Assembly: GCF_964355755.1 (NCBI RefSeq)
Contig: NC_092672.1
Span: forward strand, 38,074,437-38,138,436
Direction: 5' to 3'
Length of the DNA stretch: 64,000 nucleotides
Source of the DNA: Antedon mediterranea
Taxonomy: Eukaryota; Animalia; Echinodermata
Position 1 is the first letter of the stretch. Each line of letters begins with the position of its first letter. The position numbers were made by a program, and so were the translations under genes. Below, piece after piece: positions 41,301 to 56,300 of the stretch. The notes beneath the pieces are model-generated. The model did not search any database. It was not told the DNA's origin and saw nothing but the letters and a program-made list of their open reading frames with translations.

Positions 41301-44300
41301 GCAAGTCGTGTCAGAAGTCGTAAAAAAATCCCTCGTATGCCATGGATATCAAGGTCTATATTAAAATCAATAAATAAGAAGAACAAACTTTTTTATAAAT
41401 TTAAAATTTCTAAAACACTCGAATCTAAGACGAAATATAACAAATATAAAAATATTCTTACATCCTTAATACGTTCTGCTAAGAAAGACTATTTTTTCGG
41501 TCAATTTCAATCCGTATACAATGATATAAGAGGAACGTGGAAAGTGATAAATTCTGTATTGAATCCCGAACAAAGTCGCAAAGCGATCGGAAAATTAAAA
41601 ATTAATGGTCAAACTATCGATGACAAACAGATCATAGTTGAACACCTCAATGAATATTTCTCAAATATTGGCACTTCCTTAGCACAATCGATTCCAACTA
41701 CAAACAAATCTTTTCATAGTTATATGAATGATCCGAATAAAAACAGTATTTTTTTCGTTCCAATAACGGAAATGGACGTTATTGATAGTGTAAATACCCT
41801 TAAGAAAGAAAAAAAGTCCTGGATTTGATGGAATAAATAATGATTTAATTAAAAGCATTATTCCCAACATTGTAACGCCTTTAACTCATATATATAATCT
41901 TTCAATATGTAACGGGTGTGTCCCTAAAAGAATGAAAATTGCGAAAGTAATTCCTTTATTAAAGAAAGGAAGTCCTCAAGAAGCATCAAATTACCGACCA
42001 ATTTCACTATTGACATCGTTTTTAAAATTTTTAGAAAAGCTTGTATATATGCGGACTTTACATTTTCTAAACCAGTGTAATATTTTTTCAAACATTCAAT
42101 TTGGATTTAGAGAAAAGCACACTACGTCACATGCCATTTTACACTTCGTTGACATGACTACATCAGCCTTAGATAATCATATGCATACAATTGGTATTTT
42201 CCTCGATTACTCCAAAGCTTTCGATACTGTTAATCATGAAATCTTACTGCATAAATTATCGAACTATGGAATTAGAGGGGTGGCTCAAAAATGGTTTAGA
42301 AGTTACCTTTCTGATAGGCAACAATTTGTATCATTAAATAATTTTGAATCAAGCTGCAGACCTGTTACATGTGGTGTCCCCCAGGGTTCGATTCTGGGCC
42401 CACTTCTCTTCATAATTTATGCAAATGATTTCAATAATATATCTAATGTCATGTCGTCAATACTGTTTGCGGATGATTCAAGTCTGTTTTATTCACATGA
42501 TGATCCAGATAGTCTCTGTGACATCGTTAATCAAGAACTAAAAAAGGTTACTACTTGGATACATGCAAACAAGCTATCACTAAATATGCTAAAAACCAAT
42601 TTTATGTTGTTTAGTAACAAATATAGTATGTTACCAAAAGATATTATTTTCAACAATGTTCCTATTAATCAAATAACCAACACAAAATTTCTTGGTATAT
42701 TTATTGACGACAGACTTGACTGGAAAGCCCATGTTAATTACCTTTGCAAATTATTATCAAAAAATGTTGGCATGATGTATAAATTGAAATCAATATTTCC
42801 TCAAAAAGTATTAAATATTTTATATTCTACTCTTATTTTATCGTACTTAAATTATGGTGTTCTTGCTTGGGGAAATGCTTCAAAATCAATTATTACTAAA
42901 ATTTTATTAATCCAGAAACGAGCTGTCAGAATTATCTCAGGGGTAACTTTTCGTGCTCACACCCAAGATCTCTTTCAAAAAAATAAAATATTAAAAATTG
43001 AGGATCTCTATAGATTTAATGTTGGTGTCATCATGTTTCAATTAACCGCCGGACACTTACCACCTATAATATCCAGTAAATTCACTCAAAATAAACAATA
43101 CCACACTCACCAAACAAGACAAAAAGATCAGTATCACCTGCCATTTACTCGAACTAGACTTAAAATGAATACCCTTGTATATACTGGACCTAAACTCTGG
43201 AATTCTCTTCCTTTATCTCTTAAAAAATCTCATAACTGTGCTTTATTTAAACGTCAATTTAAACTATTATTGGTTGAAGGTTCTTTGTAAATTCTTTTAT
43301 TATTGATATATTTGATATTTCTTAAATAATTTATATAATCTATTTTTTACTTGTTTTTTTAGTTCTAAACATGTTAAACTTATGTGTTAGAGAAAAGATA
43401 TTAGTTTAATTGTTGTTTTTTTGGAGTTTCTAATTGTGTTATATTATTTATATTTGATTTGTTTTGTTTTGAGGAGCCTATTCACCACAAGCTTTGCCTT
43501 CTTTTAGGCTCCTCCACTTTATATTTATATATTTGTAGAGTGAAATAAATAAATGAATGAAATGAAATGAATTTTGAGTTTCATTACATTTTATTTCAGG
43601 CAAGAAGTGCTTCGGATTTTGGAAACAGTTGGAAATTCGAATCACAAGAATGCGAAGATGTCGTCGACGTGGAGCCTTGTCTAGAAGGCACAAAAACACT
43701 GGAAGACGCCAGAGATTTGTGTTACACTTTGATATCAGAAGATGGCGCTCTTTCTTCATGTCACGATTTTGTTGATCCTGCAGATTATTATGACGGCTGT
43801 GTTTATGACTTGTGTGCCACACTGCCTAATGACGATCTTCTATGTGATGATATATCAGAATATGCCCAAGCTTGTCGACAACGTGGTGGAGAACCCGGTG
43901 ATTGGAGAACAGCAACATCAACATGCCGTACGTAATGAACTAATCTATTAATTTAGCATTTGATGTACCTGTTAACACCAAGATACGTTACCAATATCAT
44001 ATTCTTTTTTACAGCAATTACGTGTGATGGCAATAAAGTATATAATCATTGTGCAACTTCTTGTCCTGCAACGTGTGCGTCAATGGAGGGAATGGTGGAT
44101 TGCCCAAATACATGTGTTGAAGCCTGTGAATGTCCAAGTGGCACCGTACTTGATGGTAACACGTGTGTTCAGCCGTCTCAATGCGGTTGTACTGTGGATG
44201 GAGTTTATTATAAGGTAGAGATATTTGTTTAGACTATTATTAAAGAGAGGGGGAAAGATTACTAAACACATTTCAAAAATTGTTAGATACTTCAACTAGA

Positions 44301-47300
44301 TTAGTTACGTATCTGTCTATTTCCACAGTCTGGTCAACAATGGATCGACAATACTTGTAAACAGACTTGCACCTGTAATGGAGGTGTGGTAACTTGCAAC
44401 GAATACAGCTGTAATTCAAATGCCGAATGTTCTGTAAGAAATGGTGTTCGTGGATGTTACTGTCAAGCTGGGTTTGAAGGAGATGGCCAGACGTGCACCA
44501 GAGGTAAAAATATTTAAACATGAATACTACAATCGAAATTCTAGAGATTCTACAAAAACACCAACTTACTATTTTGTTTAAAATTCTAGGTCCTGGTTAT
44601 TGTACCATTTGGGGAGATCCTCATTACATCACATTCGACAAGGCCAGGTATGACTTCCAAGGTGAATGTGAATACACAGTGGTAGACAAATGTGACAATA
44701 GAACAGATATTGAGGATTTCACAATTAGTGGAATAAATAGGAAAAACCAACCGTCAGCAGGAGTGTCTTTGATGCGAGAAGTTACATTACATTACAAACA
44801 ACACAAATACAATCTTGGACAAGATGGTCAGATTGCCTATGATGGAGTTACAATAACACCTCCACTCTTAACATCAGACGGTGTTTACATCACCATCAGT
44901 GGACAGTACACTGTAAGTATATAAAGTAAACTGTAATAACAATTTCTTAAAACATTTGTTAGTATTCAAATACGCAATGATTTATTCAACGTTTTTCTTT
45001 AAATATGTAGATATTGTTGACAAACTTTTCGTTGGTTCTACGATGGGATAATAAACATACTCTAGAAACAGAACTGCCTTTTGACTACATGAACTCGGTG
45101 TGTGGCTTATGCGGTGACTTTAATGGCGAAGCCAACAATGATATTTCTTTGAAATCAGATGGTTCAAATGTAAGTTTTGTTAGGTTATCCCAAAGTAGCA
45201 TTACTTGTTTTGTGCAGATATAAATATTAGCGTATATTAGGTTTTGTTTATTGCGATTTTGAGTTTCATTACATTTTATTTCAGGCAAGAAGTGCTTCAG
45301 ATTTTGGAAACAGTTGGAAATTCGAATCACAAGAATGCGAAGATGTCGTCGACGTGGAGCCTTGTCTAGAAGGCACAAAAACACTGGAAGACGCCAGAGA
45401 TTTGTGTTACACTTTGATATCAGAAGATGGCGCTCTTTCTTCATGTCACGACTTTGTTGATCCTGCAGATTATTATGACGGCTGTGTTTATGACTTGTGT
45501 GCCACACTGCCTAATGACGATCTTCTATGTGATGATATATCAGAATATGCCCAAGCTTGTCGACAACGTGGTGGAGAACCCGGAGATTGGAGAACAGCAA
45601 CATCAACATGCCGTACGTAATGAACTAATCTATTAATTTAGCATTTGATGTACCTGTTAACACCAAGATACGTTACCAATATCATATTCTTTTTTACAGC
45701 AATTACGTGTGATGGCAATAAAGTATATAATCATTGTGCAACTTCTTGTCCTGCAACCTGTGCGTCAATGGAGGGAATGGTGGATTGCCCAAATACATGT
45801 GTTGAAGCCTGTGAATGTCCAAGTGGCACCGTGCTTGATGGTAACACGTGTGTTCAGCCGTCTCAATGCGGTTGTACTGTGGATGGAGTTTATTATAAGG
45901 TAGAGATATTTGTTTAGACTATTATTAAAGAGAGGGGGAAAGATTACTAAACACATTTCAAAAATTGTTAGATACTTCAACTAGATTAGTTACGTATCTG
46001 TCTATTTCCACAGTCTGGTCAACAATGGATCGACAGTACTTGTAAACAGACTTGCACCTGTAATGGAGGTGTGGTAATTTGCAACGAATACAGCTGTGAT
46101 TCAAATGCCGAATGTTCTGTAAGAAATGGTGTTCGTGGATGTTACTGTCAAGCTGGGTTTGAAGGAGATGGCCAGACGTGCACCAGAGGTAAAAATATTT
46201 AAACATGAATACTACAATCGAAATTCTAGAGATTCTACAAAAACACCAACTTACTATTTTGTTTAAAATTCTAGGTCCTGGTTATTGTACCGTTTGGGGA
46301 GATCCTCATTACATCACATTCGACAAGGCCAGGTATGACTTCCAAGGTGAATGTGAATACACAGTGGTAGACAAATGTGACAATAGAACAGATATTGAGG
46401 ATTTCACAATTAGTGGAATAAATAGGAAAAACCAACCGTCAGCAGGAGTGTCTTTGATGCGAGAAGTTACATTACATTACAAACAACACAAATACAATCT
46501 TGGACAAGATGGTCAGATTGCCTATGATGGAGTTACAATAACACCTCCACTCTTAACATCAGACGGTGTTTACATCACCATCAGTGGACAGTACACTGTA
46601 AGTATATAAAGTAAACTGAAATAACAATTTCTTAAAACATTTGCAGTATTCAAATACGCAATGATTTATTCAACGTTTTTCTTTAAATATGTAGATATTG
46701 TTGACAAACTTTTCGTTGGTTCTACGATGGGATAATAAACATACTCTAGAAACAGAACTGCCTTTTGACTACATGAACTCGGTGTGTGGCTTATGCGGTG
46801 ACTTTAATGGCGAAGCCTCAAATGATATTTCTTTGAAATCAGATGGTTCAAATGTAAGTTTTGTTAGGTTATCCCAAAGTAGCATTACTTGTTTTGTGCA
46901 GATATAAATATTAGCGTATATTAGCTTTTGTTTATTGCGATTTTGAGTTTCATTACATTTTATTTCAGGCAAAAAGTGCTTCGGATTTTGGAAACAGTTG
47001 GAAATTCGAATCACAAGAATGCGAAGATGTCGTCGACGTGGAGCCTTGTCTAGAAGGCACAAAAACACTGGAAGACGCCAGAGATTTGTGTTACACTTTG
47101 ATATCAGAAGATGGCGCTCTTTCTTCATGTCACGACTTTGTTGATCCTGCAGATTATTATGACGGCTGTGTTTATGACTTGTGTGCCACACTGCCTAATG
47201 ACGATCTTCTATGTGATGATATATCAGAATATGCCCAAGCTTGTCGACAACGTGGTGGAGAACCCGGTGATTGGAGAACAGCAACATCAACATGCCGTAC

Positions 47301-50300
47301 GTAATGAACTAATCTATTAATTTAGCATTTGATGTACCTGTTAACACCAAGATACGTTACCAATATCATATTCTTTTTTACAGCAATTACGTGTGATGGC
47401 AATAAAGTATATAATCATTGTGCAACTTCTTGTCCTGCAACCTGTGCGTCAATGGAGGGAATGGTAGATTGCCCAAATACATGTGTTGAAGCCTGTGAAT
47501 GTCCAAGTGGCACCGTGCTTGATTGAAACACGTGTGTTCAGCCCTCTCAATGTGGTTGTACTGTGGATGGAGTTTACTATAAGGTACAGATATTTGTTTA
47601 GACTATTATTAAAGAGAGGGGGAAAGATTACTAAAAAATTGTTACATACTTAAACTAGATTAGTTACGTATCTGTCTATTTACACAGTCTGGTCATCAAT
47701 GGATCGACAATACTTGTAAACAGACTTGCAACTGTAATGGTGGTGTGGTAACTTGCAACGAATACAGTTGTGATTCAAATGCCGAATGTTTTGTAAGAAA
47801 TGGTGTTCGTGGATGTTACTGTCAAGCTGGTTTTGAAGGAGATGGCCAGACGTGCAACAGAGGTAAACTAATTTAATTTTCTATTGAAATTCAAAAGAGT
47901 CTGAAATAAAAACTCACGTACTAATTGATATATGCATATTTCATTATGCTTTTCAGCTCCTGCATATTGTACAGTCTGGGGAGATCCCCACTATTTGACA
48001 TTCGACGATAGACGACACAACTTCCAAGGAGTTTGTGAGTACACTCTTGTCACCGACTGCAGAAATGATAACAGTCAACGCCCAAGATTCCAAGTGACCG
48101 GACTCAACATCAAGAACAAACCATCTAAAAGTGTATCTTATACACGACAAATAAACTTCCATTACGCTAACCACACATTTACGCTGTTACAACGTGGTGA
48201 GGTTCGCTACAATGGTGTCACTTTTACACCTCCACTCAGTACTAGCGATGGTGTTTATATAATCAGCAATGGTGTATACGTGGTAAGATGTTTTATTGAC
48301 AATTAGTTTACATACATTTTATTTGCACTGTATTTGTAACTCGAGAGATTAACTTCCTTTTGTTATTTTTATTACACAGTTACTTTGGACCGATTTTAAC
48401 TTGGTTATCCGATGGGACGGATCCAGTACTGTAGAGATTCAACTACCATACGAATATTGGAACACCACTTGCGGACTATGCGGTGATTTTGACAGTAATA
48501 AAGGAAACGATTTAGACTTCCAACGAGATGGTTCACCAGTAAGATAATATATTTGTTGAATTGATGTATATAGTTGACCTTTTCTTCTATAATAAGATAT
48601 TAAATCATATTCATTTATTTATTTAGGCTAGAGACGAGGTAGAATTTGGAAACAGCTGGGTTGTTGAAGGAACAGAATGTGACGATTCTGGTATAATTAT
48701 TGTCGATCCGTGCTCAGAAGAGGAAGCACCTTATAAGGCAGCTGAAGATCTCTGTTATGCATTGATCTCGCCTACAGGTGCTCTTGTAAGTTGTCATGAG
48801 ATTGTTGATCCTGACAACTACTACGAGGCATGCCTTTACGATCTCTGTGCAACGCTGCCGGACGACAATATATTATGTGGCCATTTACAGGAATATGCAC
48901 AAGCATGCCGAGAACGTGGAGGTTCACCTGGAAATTGGCGAGAGGAAACACCTCAGTGTCGTAAGTATAAACATAATGTGTTTGCATACGAAATACAATA
49001 TCACCTGTCCATTACGAATGTTTATTTCAAGGTGTCATGTTTATTACTTCCTAAGCTATGGAATGTGAAGCTGAAAGAGTGTACAATTCATGTGCTACTG
49101 CTTGTCCATTGACTTGTGCCGACTCTGATGGAACTGATGATTGTCCAGGTGCGTGTATTGAAACATGTGAATGTCCAGAAGGAACCGTGTTAGATGGAAA
49201 TACGTGTATTGCACTATCTCAGTGTGGTTGTTCACAAGGTGGATTTTACTACTCGGTAAGAATTTATAAATTTTTAGGACGCTTTATTCAAAGTGCTCGT
49301 TTTCTCCAAAGTATCAGAAATGATTTAATGTCCATGGCTTGCTAACTAACTAGTATATTGTACTATATTTACTGTAGCCTGGAGACAGTTGGATAACTGA
49401 AGACTGTTCACTGTCCTGCCAGTGTGTTGATGGTCGTGTAGAATGCGTAGCAGAAAATTGTGATTTGAATGCGGATTGTAATATTCGTAACGGTGAACGA
49501 GGCTGTTACTGTAGAGATGGCTGGACGACTGGTGAGGATGGCAGCTGTAGTAGAGGTAAGTTATAATATCGTTACTTGTACTAAAAAAGACGTGGTATAG
49601 GTATCTAAGACAATATTCAAATATTCCATGTTTATAGACTCTAGCTCTTCAAACTTTGTTTTATGTTTCAGCTCCTGCATATTGTACAGTCTGGGGAGAT
49701 CCCCACTATTTGACATTCGACGATAGACGACACAACTTCCAAGGAGTTTGTGAGTACACTCTTGTCACCGACTGTAGAAATGATAACAGTCAACGCCCAA
49801 GATTCCAAGTGACCGGACTCAACGTCAAGAACAAACCATCTCAACGTGTGTCTTATACACGACAAATAAACTTCCATTACGCTAACCACACATTTACGCT
49901 GTTACAACGTGGTGAGGTTCGCTACAATGGTGTCACTTTTACACCTCCACTCAGTACCAGCGATGGTGTTTATATAATCAGCAATGGTGTATACGTGGTA
50001 AGATGTTTTATTGACAATTAGTTTACATACATTTTATTTGCACTGTATTTGTAACTCGAGAGATTAACTTCATTTTGTTATTTTTATTACTCAGTTACTT
50101 TGGACCGATTTTAACTTGGTTATCCGATGGGACGGATCCAGTACTGTAGAGATTCAACTACCATACGAATATTGGAACACCACTTGCGGACTATGCGGTG
50201 ATTTTGACAGTAATAAAGGAAACGATTTAGACTTCCAACGAGATGGTTCACCAGTAAGATAATATATTTGTTGAATTGTTTTATATTTGACATTGTCTTC

Positions 50301-53300
50301 GTCTATAATAAGACATTAAAATCATATTAATTTTATTTATTTAGGCTAGAGACGAGGTAGAATTTGGAAACAGCTGGGTTGTTGAAGGAACAGAATGTGA
50401 CGATTCTGGTATAATTATTGTCGATCCGTGCTCAGAAGAGGAAGCACCTTATAAGGCAGCTGAAGATCTCTGTTATGCATTGATCTCGCCCACAGGTGCT
50501 CTTGTAAGTTGTCATGAGATTGTTGATCCTGACAACTACTACGAGGCATGCCTTTACGATCTCTGTGCAACGCTGCCGGACGACAATATATTATGTGGCC
50601 ATTTACAAGAATATGCACAAGCATGCCGAGAACGTGGAGGTTCACCTGGAAATTGGCGAGAGGAAACACCTCAGTGTCGTAAGTATAAACATAATAATGT
50701 GTTTACATACGAAATACAATATCACCTGTCCATTACGAATGTTTATTTCAAGGTGTCATGTTTATTACTTCCTAAGCTATGGAATGTGAAGCTGAAAGAG
50801 TGTACAATCCATGTGCTACTGCTTGTCCATTGACTTGTGCCGACTCTGATGGAACTGATGATTGTCCAGGTGCGTGTATTGAAACATGTGAATGTCCAGA
50901 AGGAACCGTGTTAGATGGAAATACGTGTATTGCACCATCTCAGTGTGGTTGTTCACAAGGTGGATTTTACTACTCGGTAAGAATTTATAAATTTTTAGGA
51001 CGCTTTATTCAAAGTGCTCGTTTTCTCCAAAGTATCAGAAATGATTTAATGTCCATGGCTTGCTAACTAACTAGTATATTGTACTATATTTACTGTAGCC
51101 TGGAGACAGTTGGATAACTGAAGACTGTTCACTGTCCTGCCAGTGTGTTGATGGTCGTGTAGAATGCGTAGCAGAAAATTGTGATTTGAATGCGGATTGT
51201 AATATTCGTAACGGTGAACGAGGCTGTTACTGTAGAGATGGCTGGACGACTGGTGAGGATGGCAGCTGTAGTAGAGGTAAGTTATAATATCGTTACTTGT
51301 ACTAAAAAAGACGTGGTATAGGTATCTAAGACAATATTCAAATATTCCATGTTTATAGACTCTAGCTCTTCAAACTTTGTTTTATGTTTCAGCTCCTGCA
51401 TATTGTACAGTCTGGGGAGATCCCCACTATTTGACATTCGACGATAGACGACACAACTTCCAAGGAGTTTGTGAGTACACTCTTGTCACCGACTGTAGAA
51501 ATGATAACAGTCAACGCCCAAGATTCCAAGTGACCGGACTCAACGTCAAGAACAAACCATCTCAACGTGTGTCTTATACACGACAAATAAACTTCCATTA
51601 CGCTAACCACACATTTACGCTGTTACAACGTGGTGAGGTTCGCTACAATGGTGTCACTTTTACACCTCCACTCAGTACCAGCGATGGTGTTTATATAATC
51701 AGCAATGGTGTATACGTGGTAAGATGTTTTATTGACAATTAGTTTACATACATTTTATTTGCACTGTATTTGTAACTCGAGAGATTAACTTCATTTTGTT
51801 ATTTTTATTACTCAGTTACTTTGGACCGATTTTAACTTGGTTATCCGATGGGACGGATCCAGTACTGTAGAGATTCAACTACCATACGAATATTGGAACA
51901 CCACTTGCGGACTATGCGGTGATTTTGACAGTAATAAAGGAAACGATTTAGACTTCCAACGAGATGGTTCACCAGTAAGATAATATATTTTGTTGAATTG
52001 TTTTATATTTGACATTGTCTTTGTCTATAATAAGACATTAAAATCATATTAATTTTATTTATTTAGGCTAGAGACGAGGTAGAATTTGGAAACAGCTGGG
52101 TTGTTGAAGGAACAGAATGTGACGATTCTGGTATAATTATTGTCGATCCGTGCTCAGAAGAGGAAGCACCTTATAAGGCAGCTGAAGATCTCTGTTATGC
52201 ATTGATCTCGCCCACAGGTGCTCTTGTAAGTTGTCATGAGATTGTTGATCCTGACAACTACTACGAGACATGCCTTTACGATCTCTGTGCAACGCTGCCG
52301 GACGACAATATATTATGTGGCCATTTACAAGAATATGCACAAGCATGCCGAGAACGTGGAGGTTCACCTGGAAATTGGCGAGAGGAAACACCTCAGTGTC
52401 GTAAGTATAAACATAATAATGTGTTTACATACGAAATACAATATCACCTGTCCATTACGAATGTTTATTTCAAGGTGTCATGTTTATTACTTCCTAAGCT
52501 ATGGAATGTGAAGCTGAAAGAGTGTACAATCCATGTGCTACTGCTTGTCCATTGACTTGTGCCGACTCTGATGGAACTGATGATTGTCCAGGTGCGTGTA
52601 TTGAAACATGTGAATGTCCAGAAGGAACCGTGTTAGATGGAAATACGTGTATTGCACCATCTCAGTGTGGTTGTTCACAAGGTGGATTTTACTACTCGGT
52701 AAGAATTTATAAATTTTTAGGACGCTTTATTCAAAGTGCTCGTTTTCTCCAAAGTATCAGAAATGATTTAATGTCCATGGCTTGCTAACTAACTAGTATA
52801 TTGTACTATATTTACTATAGCCTGGAGACAGTTGGATAACTGAAGACTGTTCACTGTCCTGCCAGTGTGTTGATGGTCGTGTAGAATGCGTAGCAGAAAA
52901 TTGTGATTTGAATGCGGATTGTAATATTCGTAACGGTGAACGAGGCTGTTACTGTAGAGATGGCTGGACGACTGGTGAGGATGGCAGCTGTAGTAGAGGT
53001 AAGTTATAATATCGTTACTTGTACTAAAAAAAGACGTGGTATAGGTATCTAAGACAATATTCAAATATTCCATGTTTATAGACTCTAGCTCTTCAAACTT
53101 TGTTTTATGTTTCAGCTCCTGCATATTGTACAGTCTGGGGAGATCCCCACTATTTGACATTCGACGATAGACGACACAACTTCCAAGGAGTTTGTGAGTA
53201 CACTCTTGTCACCGACTGTAGAAATGATAACAGTCAACGCCCAAGATTCCAAGTGACCGGACTCAACGTCAAGAACAAACCATCTCAACGTGTGTCTTAT

Positions 53301-56300
53301 ACACGACAAATAAACTTCCATTACGCTAACCACACATTTACGCTGTTACAACGTGGTGAGGTTCGCTACAATGGTGTCACTTTTACACCTCCACTCAGTA
53401 CCAGCGATGGTGTTTATATAATCAGCAATGGTGTATACGTGGTAAGATGTTTTATTGACAATTAGTTTACATACATTTTATTTGCACTGTATTTGTAACT
53501 CGAGAGATTAACTTCATTTTGTTATTTTTATTACTCAGTTACTTTGGACCGATTTTAACTTGGTTATCCGATGGGACGGATCCAGTACTGTAGAGATTCA
53601 ACTACCATACGAATATTGGAACACCACTTGCGGACTATGCGGTGATTTTGACAGTAATAAAGGAAACGATTTAGACTTCCAACGAGATGGTTCACCAGTA
53701 AGATAATATATTTGTTGAATTGTTTTATATTTGACATTGTCTTCGTCTATAATAAGACATTAAAATCATATTAATTTTATTTATTTAGGCTAGAGACGAG
53801 GTAGAATTTGGAAACAGCTGGGTTGTTGAAGGAACAGAATGTGACGATTCTGGTATAATTATTGTCGATCCGTGCTCAGAAGAGGAAGCACCTTATAAGG
53901 CAGCTGAAGATCTCTGTTATGCATTGATCTCGCCCACAGGTGCTCTTGTAAGTTGTCATGAGATTGTTGATCCTGACAACTACTACGAGGCATGCCTTTA
54001 CGATCTCTGTGCAACGCTGCCGGACGACAATATATTATGTGGCCATTTACAAGAATATGCACAAGCATGCCGAGAACGTGGAGGTTCACCTGGAAATTGG
54101 CGAGAGGAAACACCTCAGTGTCGTAAGTATAAACATAATAATGTGTTTACATACGAAATACAATATCACCTGTCCATTACGAATGTTTATTTCAAGGTGT
54201 CATGTTTATTACTTCCTAAGCTATGGAATGTGAAGCTGAAAGAGTGTACAATCCATGTGCTACTGCTTGTCCATTGACTTGTGCCGACTCTGATGGAACT
54301 GATGATTGTCCAGGTGCGTGTATTGAAACATGTGAATGTCCAGAAGGAACCGTGTTAGATGGAAATACGTGTATTGCACCATCTCAGTGTGGTTGTTCAC
54401 AAGGTGGATTTTACTACTCGGTAAGAATTTATAAATTTTTAGGACGCTTTATTCAAAGTGCTCGTTTTCTCCAAAGTATCAGAAATGATTTAATGTCCAT
54501 GGCTTGCTAACTAACTAGTATATTGTACTATATTTACTGTAGCCTGGAGACAGTTGGATAACTGAAGACTGTTCACTGTCCTGCCAGTGTGTTGATGGTC
54601 GTGTAGAATGCGTAGCAGAAAATTGTGATTTGAATGCGGATTGTAATATTCGTAACGGTGAACGAGGCTGTTACTGTAGAGATGGCTGGACGACTGGTGA
54701 GGATGGCAGCTGTAGTAGAGGTAAGTTATAATATCGTTACTTGTACTAAAAAAGACGTGGTATAGGTATCTAAGACAATATTCAAATATTCCATGTTTAT
54801 AGACTCTAGCTCTTCAAACTTTGTTTTATGTTTCAGCTCCTGCATATTGTACAGTCTGGGGAGATCCCCACTATTTGACATTCGACGATAGACGACACAA
54901 CTTCCAAGGAGTTTGTGAGTACACTCTTGTCACCGACTGTAGAAATGATAACAGTCAACGCCCAAGATTCCAAGTGACCGGACTCAACGTCAAGAACAAA
55001 CCATCTCAACGTGTGTCTTATACACGACAAATAAACTTCCATTACGCTAACCACACATTTACGCTGTTACAACGTGGTGAGGTTCGCTACAATGGTGTCA
55101 CTTTTACACCTCCACTCAGTACCAGCGATGGTGTTTATATAATCAGCAATGGTGTATACGTGGTAAGATGTTTTATTGACAATTAGTTTACATACATTTT
55201 ATTTGCACTGTATTTGTAACTCGAGAGATTAACTTCATTTTGTTATTTTTATTACTCAGTTACTTTGGACCGATTTTAACTTGGTTATCCGATGGGACGG
55301 ATCCAGTACTGTAGAGATTCAACTACCATACGAATATTGGAACACCACTTGCGGACTATGCGGTGATTTTGACAGTAATAAAGGAAACGATTTAGACTTC
55401 CAACGAGATGGTTCACCAGTAAGATAATATATTTTGTTGAATTGTTTTATATTTGACATTGTCTTCGTCTATAATAAGACATTAAAATCATATTAATTTT
55501 ATTTATTTAGGCTAGAGACGAGGTAGAATTTGGAAACAGCTGGGTTGTTGAAGGAACAGAATGTGACGATTCTGGTATAATTATTGTCGATCCGTGCTCA
55601 GAAGAGGAAGCACCTTATAAGGCAGCTGAAGATCTCTGTTATGCATTGATCTCGCCCACAGGTGCTCTTGTAAGTTGTCATGAGATTGTTGATCCTGACA
55701 ACTACTACGAGGCATGCCTTTACGATCTCTGTGCAACGCTGCCGGACGACAATATATTATGTGGCCATTTACAAGAATATGCACAAGCATGCCGAGAACG
55801 TGGAGGTTCACCTGGAAATTGGCGAGAGGAAACACCTCAGTGTCGTAAGTATAAACATAATAATGTGTTTACATACGAAATACAATATCACCTGTCCATT
55901 ACGAATGTTTATTTCAAGGTGTCATGTTTATTACTTCCTAAGCTATGGAATGTGAAGCTGAAAGAGTGTACAATCCATGTGCTACTGCTTGTTCATTGAC
56001 TTGTGCCGACTCTGATGGAACTGATGATTGTCCAGGTGCGTGTATTGAAACATGTGAATGTCCAGAAGGAACCGTGTTAGATGGAAATACGTGTATTGCA
56101 CCATCTCAGTGTGGTTGTTCACAAGGTGGATTTTACTACTCGGTAAGAATTTATAAATTTTTAGGACGCTTTATTCAAAGTGCTCGTTTTCTCCAAAGTA
56201 TCAGAAATGATTTAATGTCCATGGCTTGCTAACTAACTAGTATATTGTACTATATTTACTGTAGCCTGGAGACAGTTGGATAACTGAAGACTGTTCACTG

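Larger units (their letters stand above)
22083..47866 (+). repeat. Tandem array A, period about 1683-1700 bp, 13 units, interrupted once by a LINE
   Basis: Near-identical ORFs recur at 22272, 23963, 25654, 27345, 29028, 30718, 32401, 34101, 35795, 37495, 39185, 44520 and 46205. Introns are also near-identical. Confidence 0.97.

Noticed and set aside
40308-43290. RT as a domesticated or diversity-generating partner of the arrays
   Set aside because: It is an ordinary APE-RT LINE with a tail, 5' truncation, a frameshift and empty sites in sister units. There is no template/variable repeat pair or adenine-specific variation.
47524-47526. TGA as a selenocysteine codon
   Set aside because: It aligns with Gly, not Cys, in all other units, and no SECIS can be assessed because the 3' UTR is outside the window.
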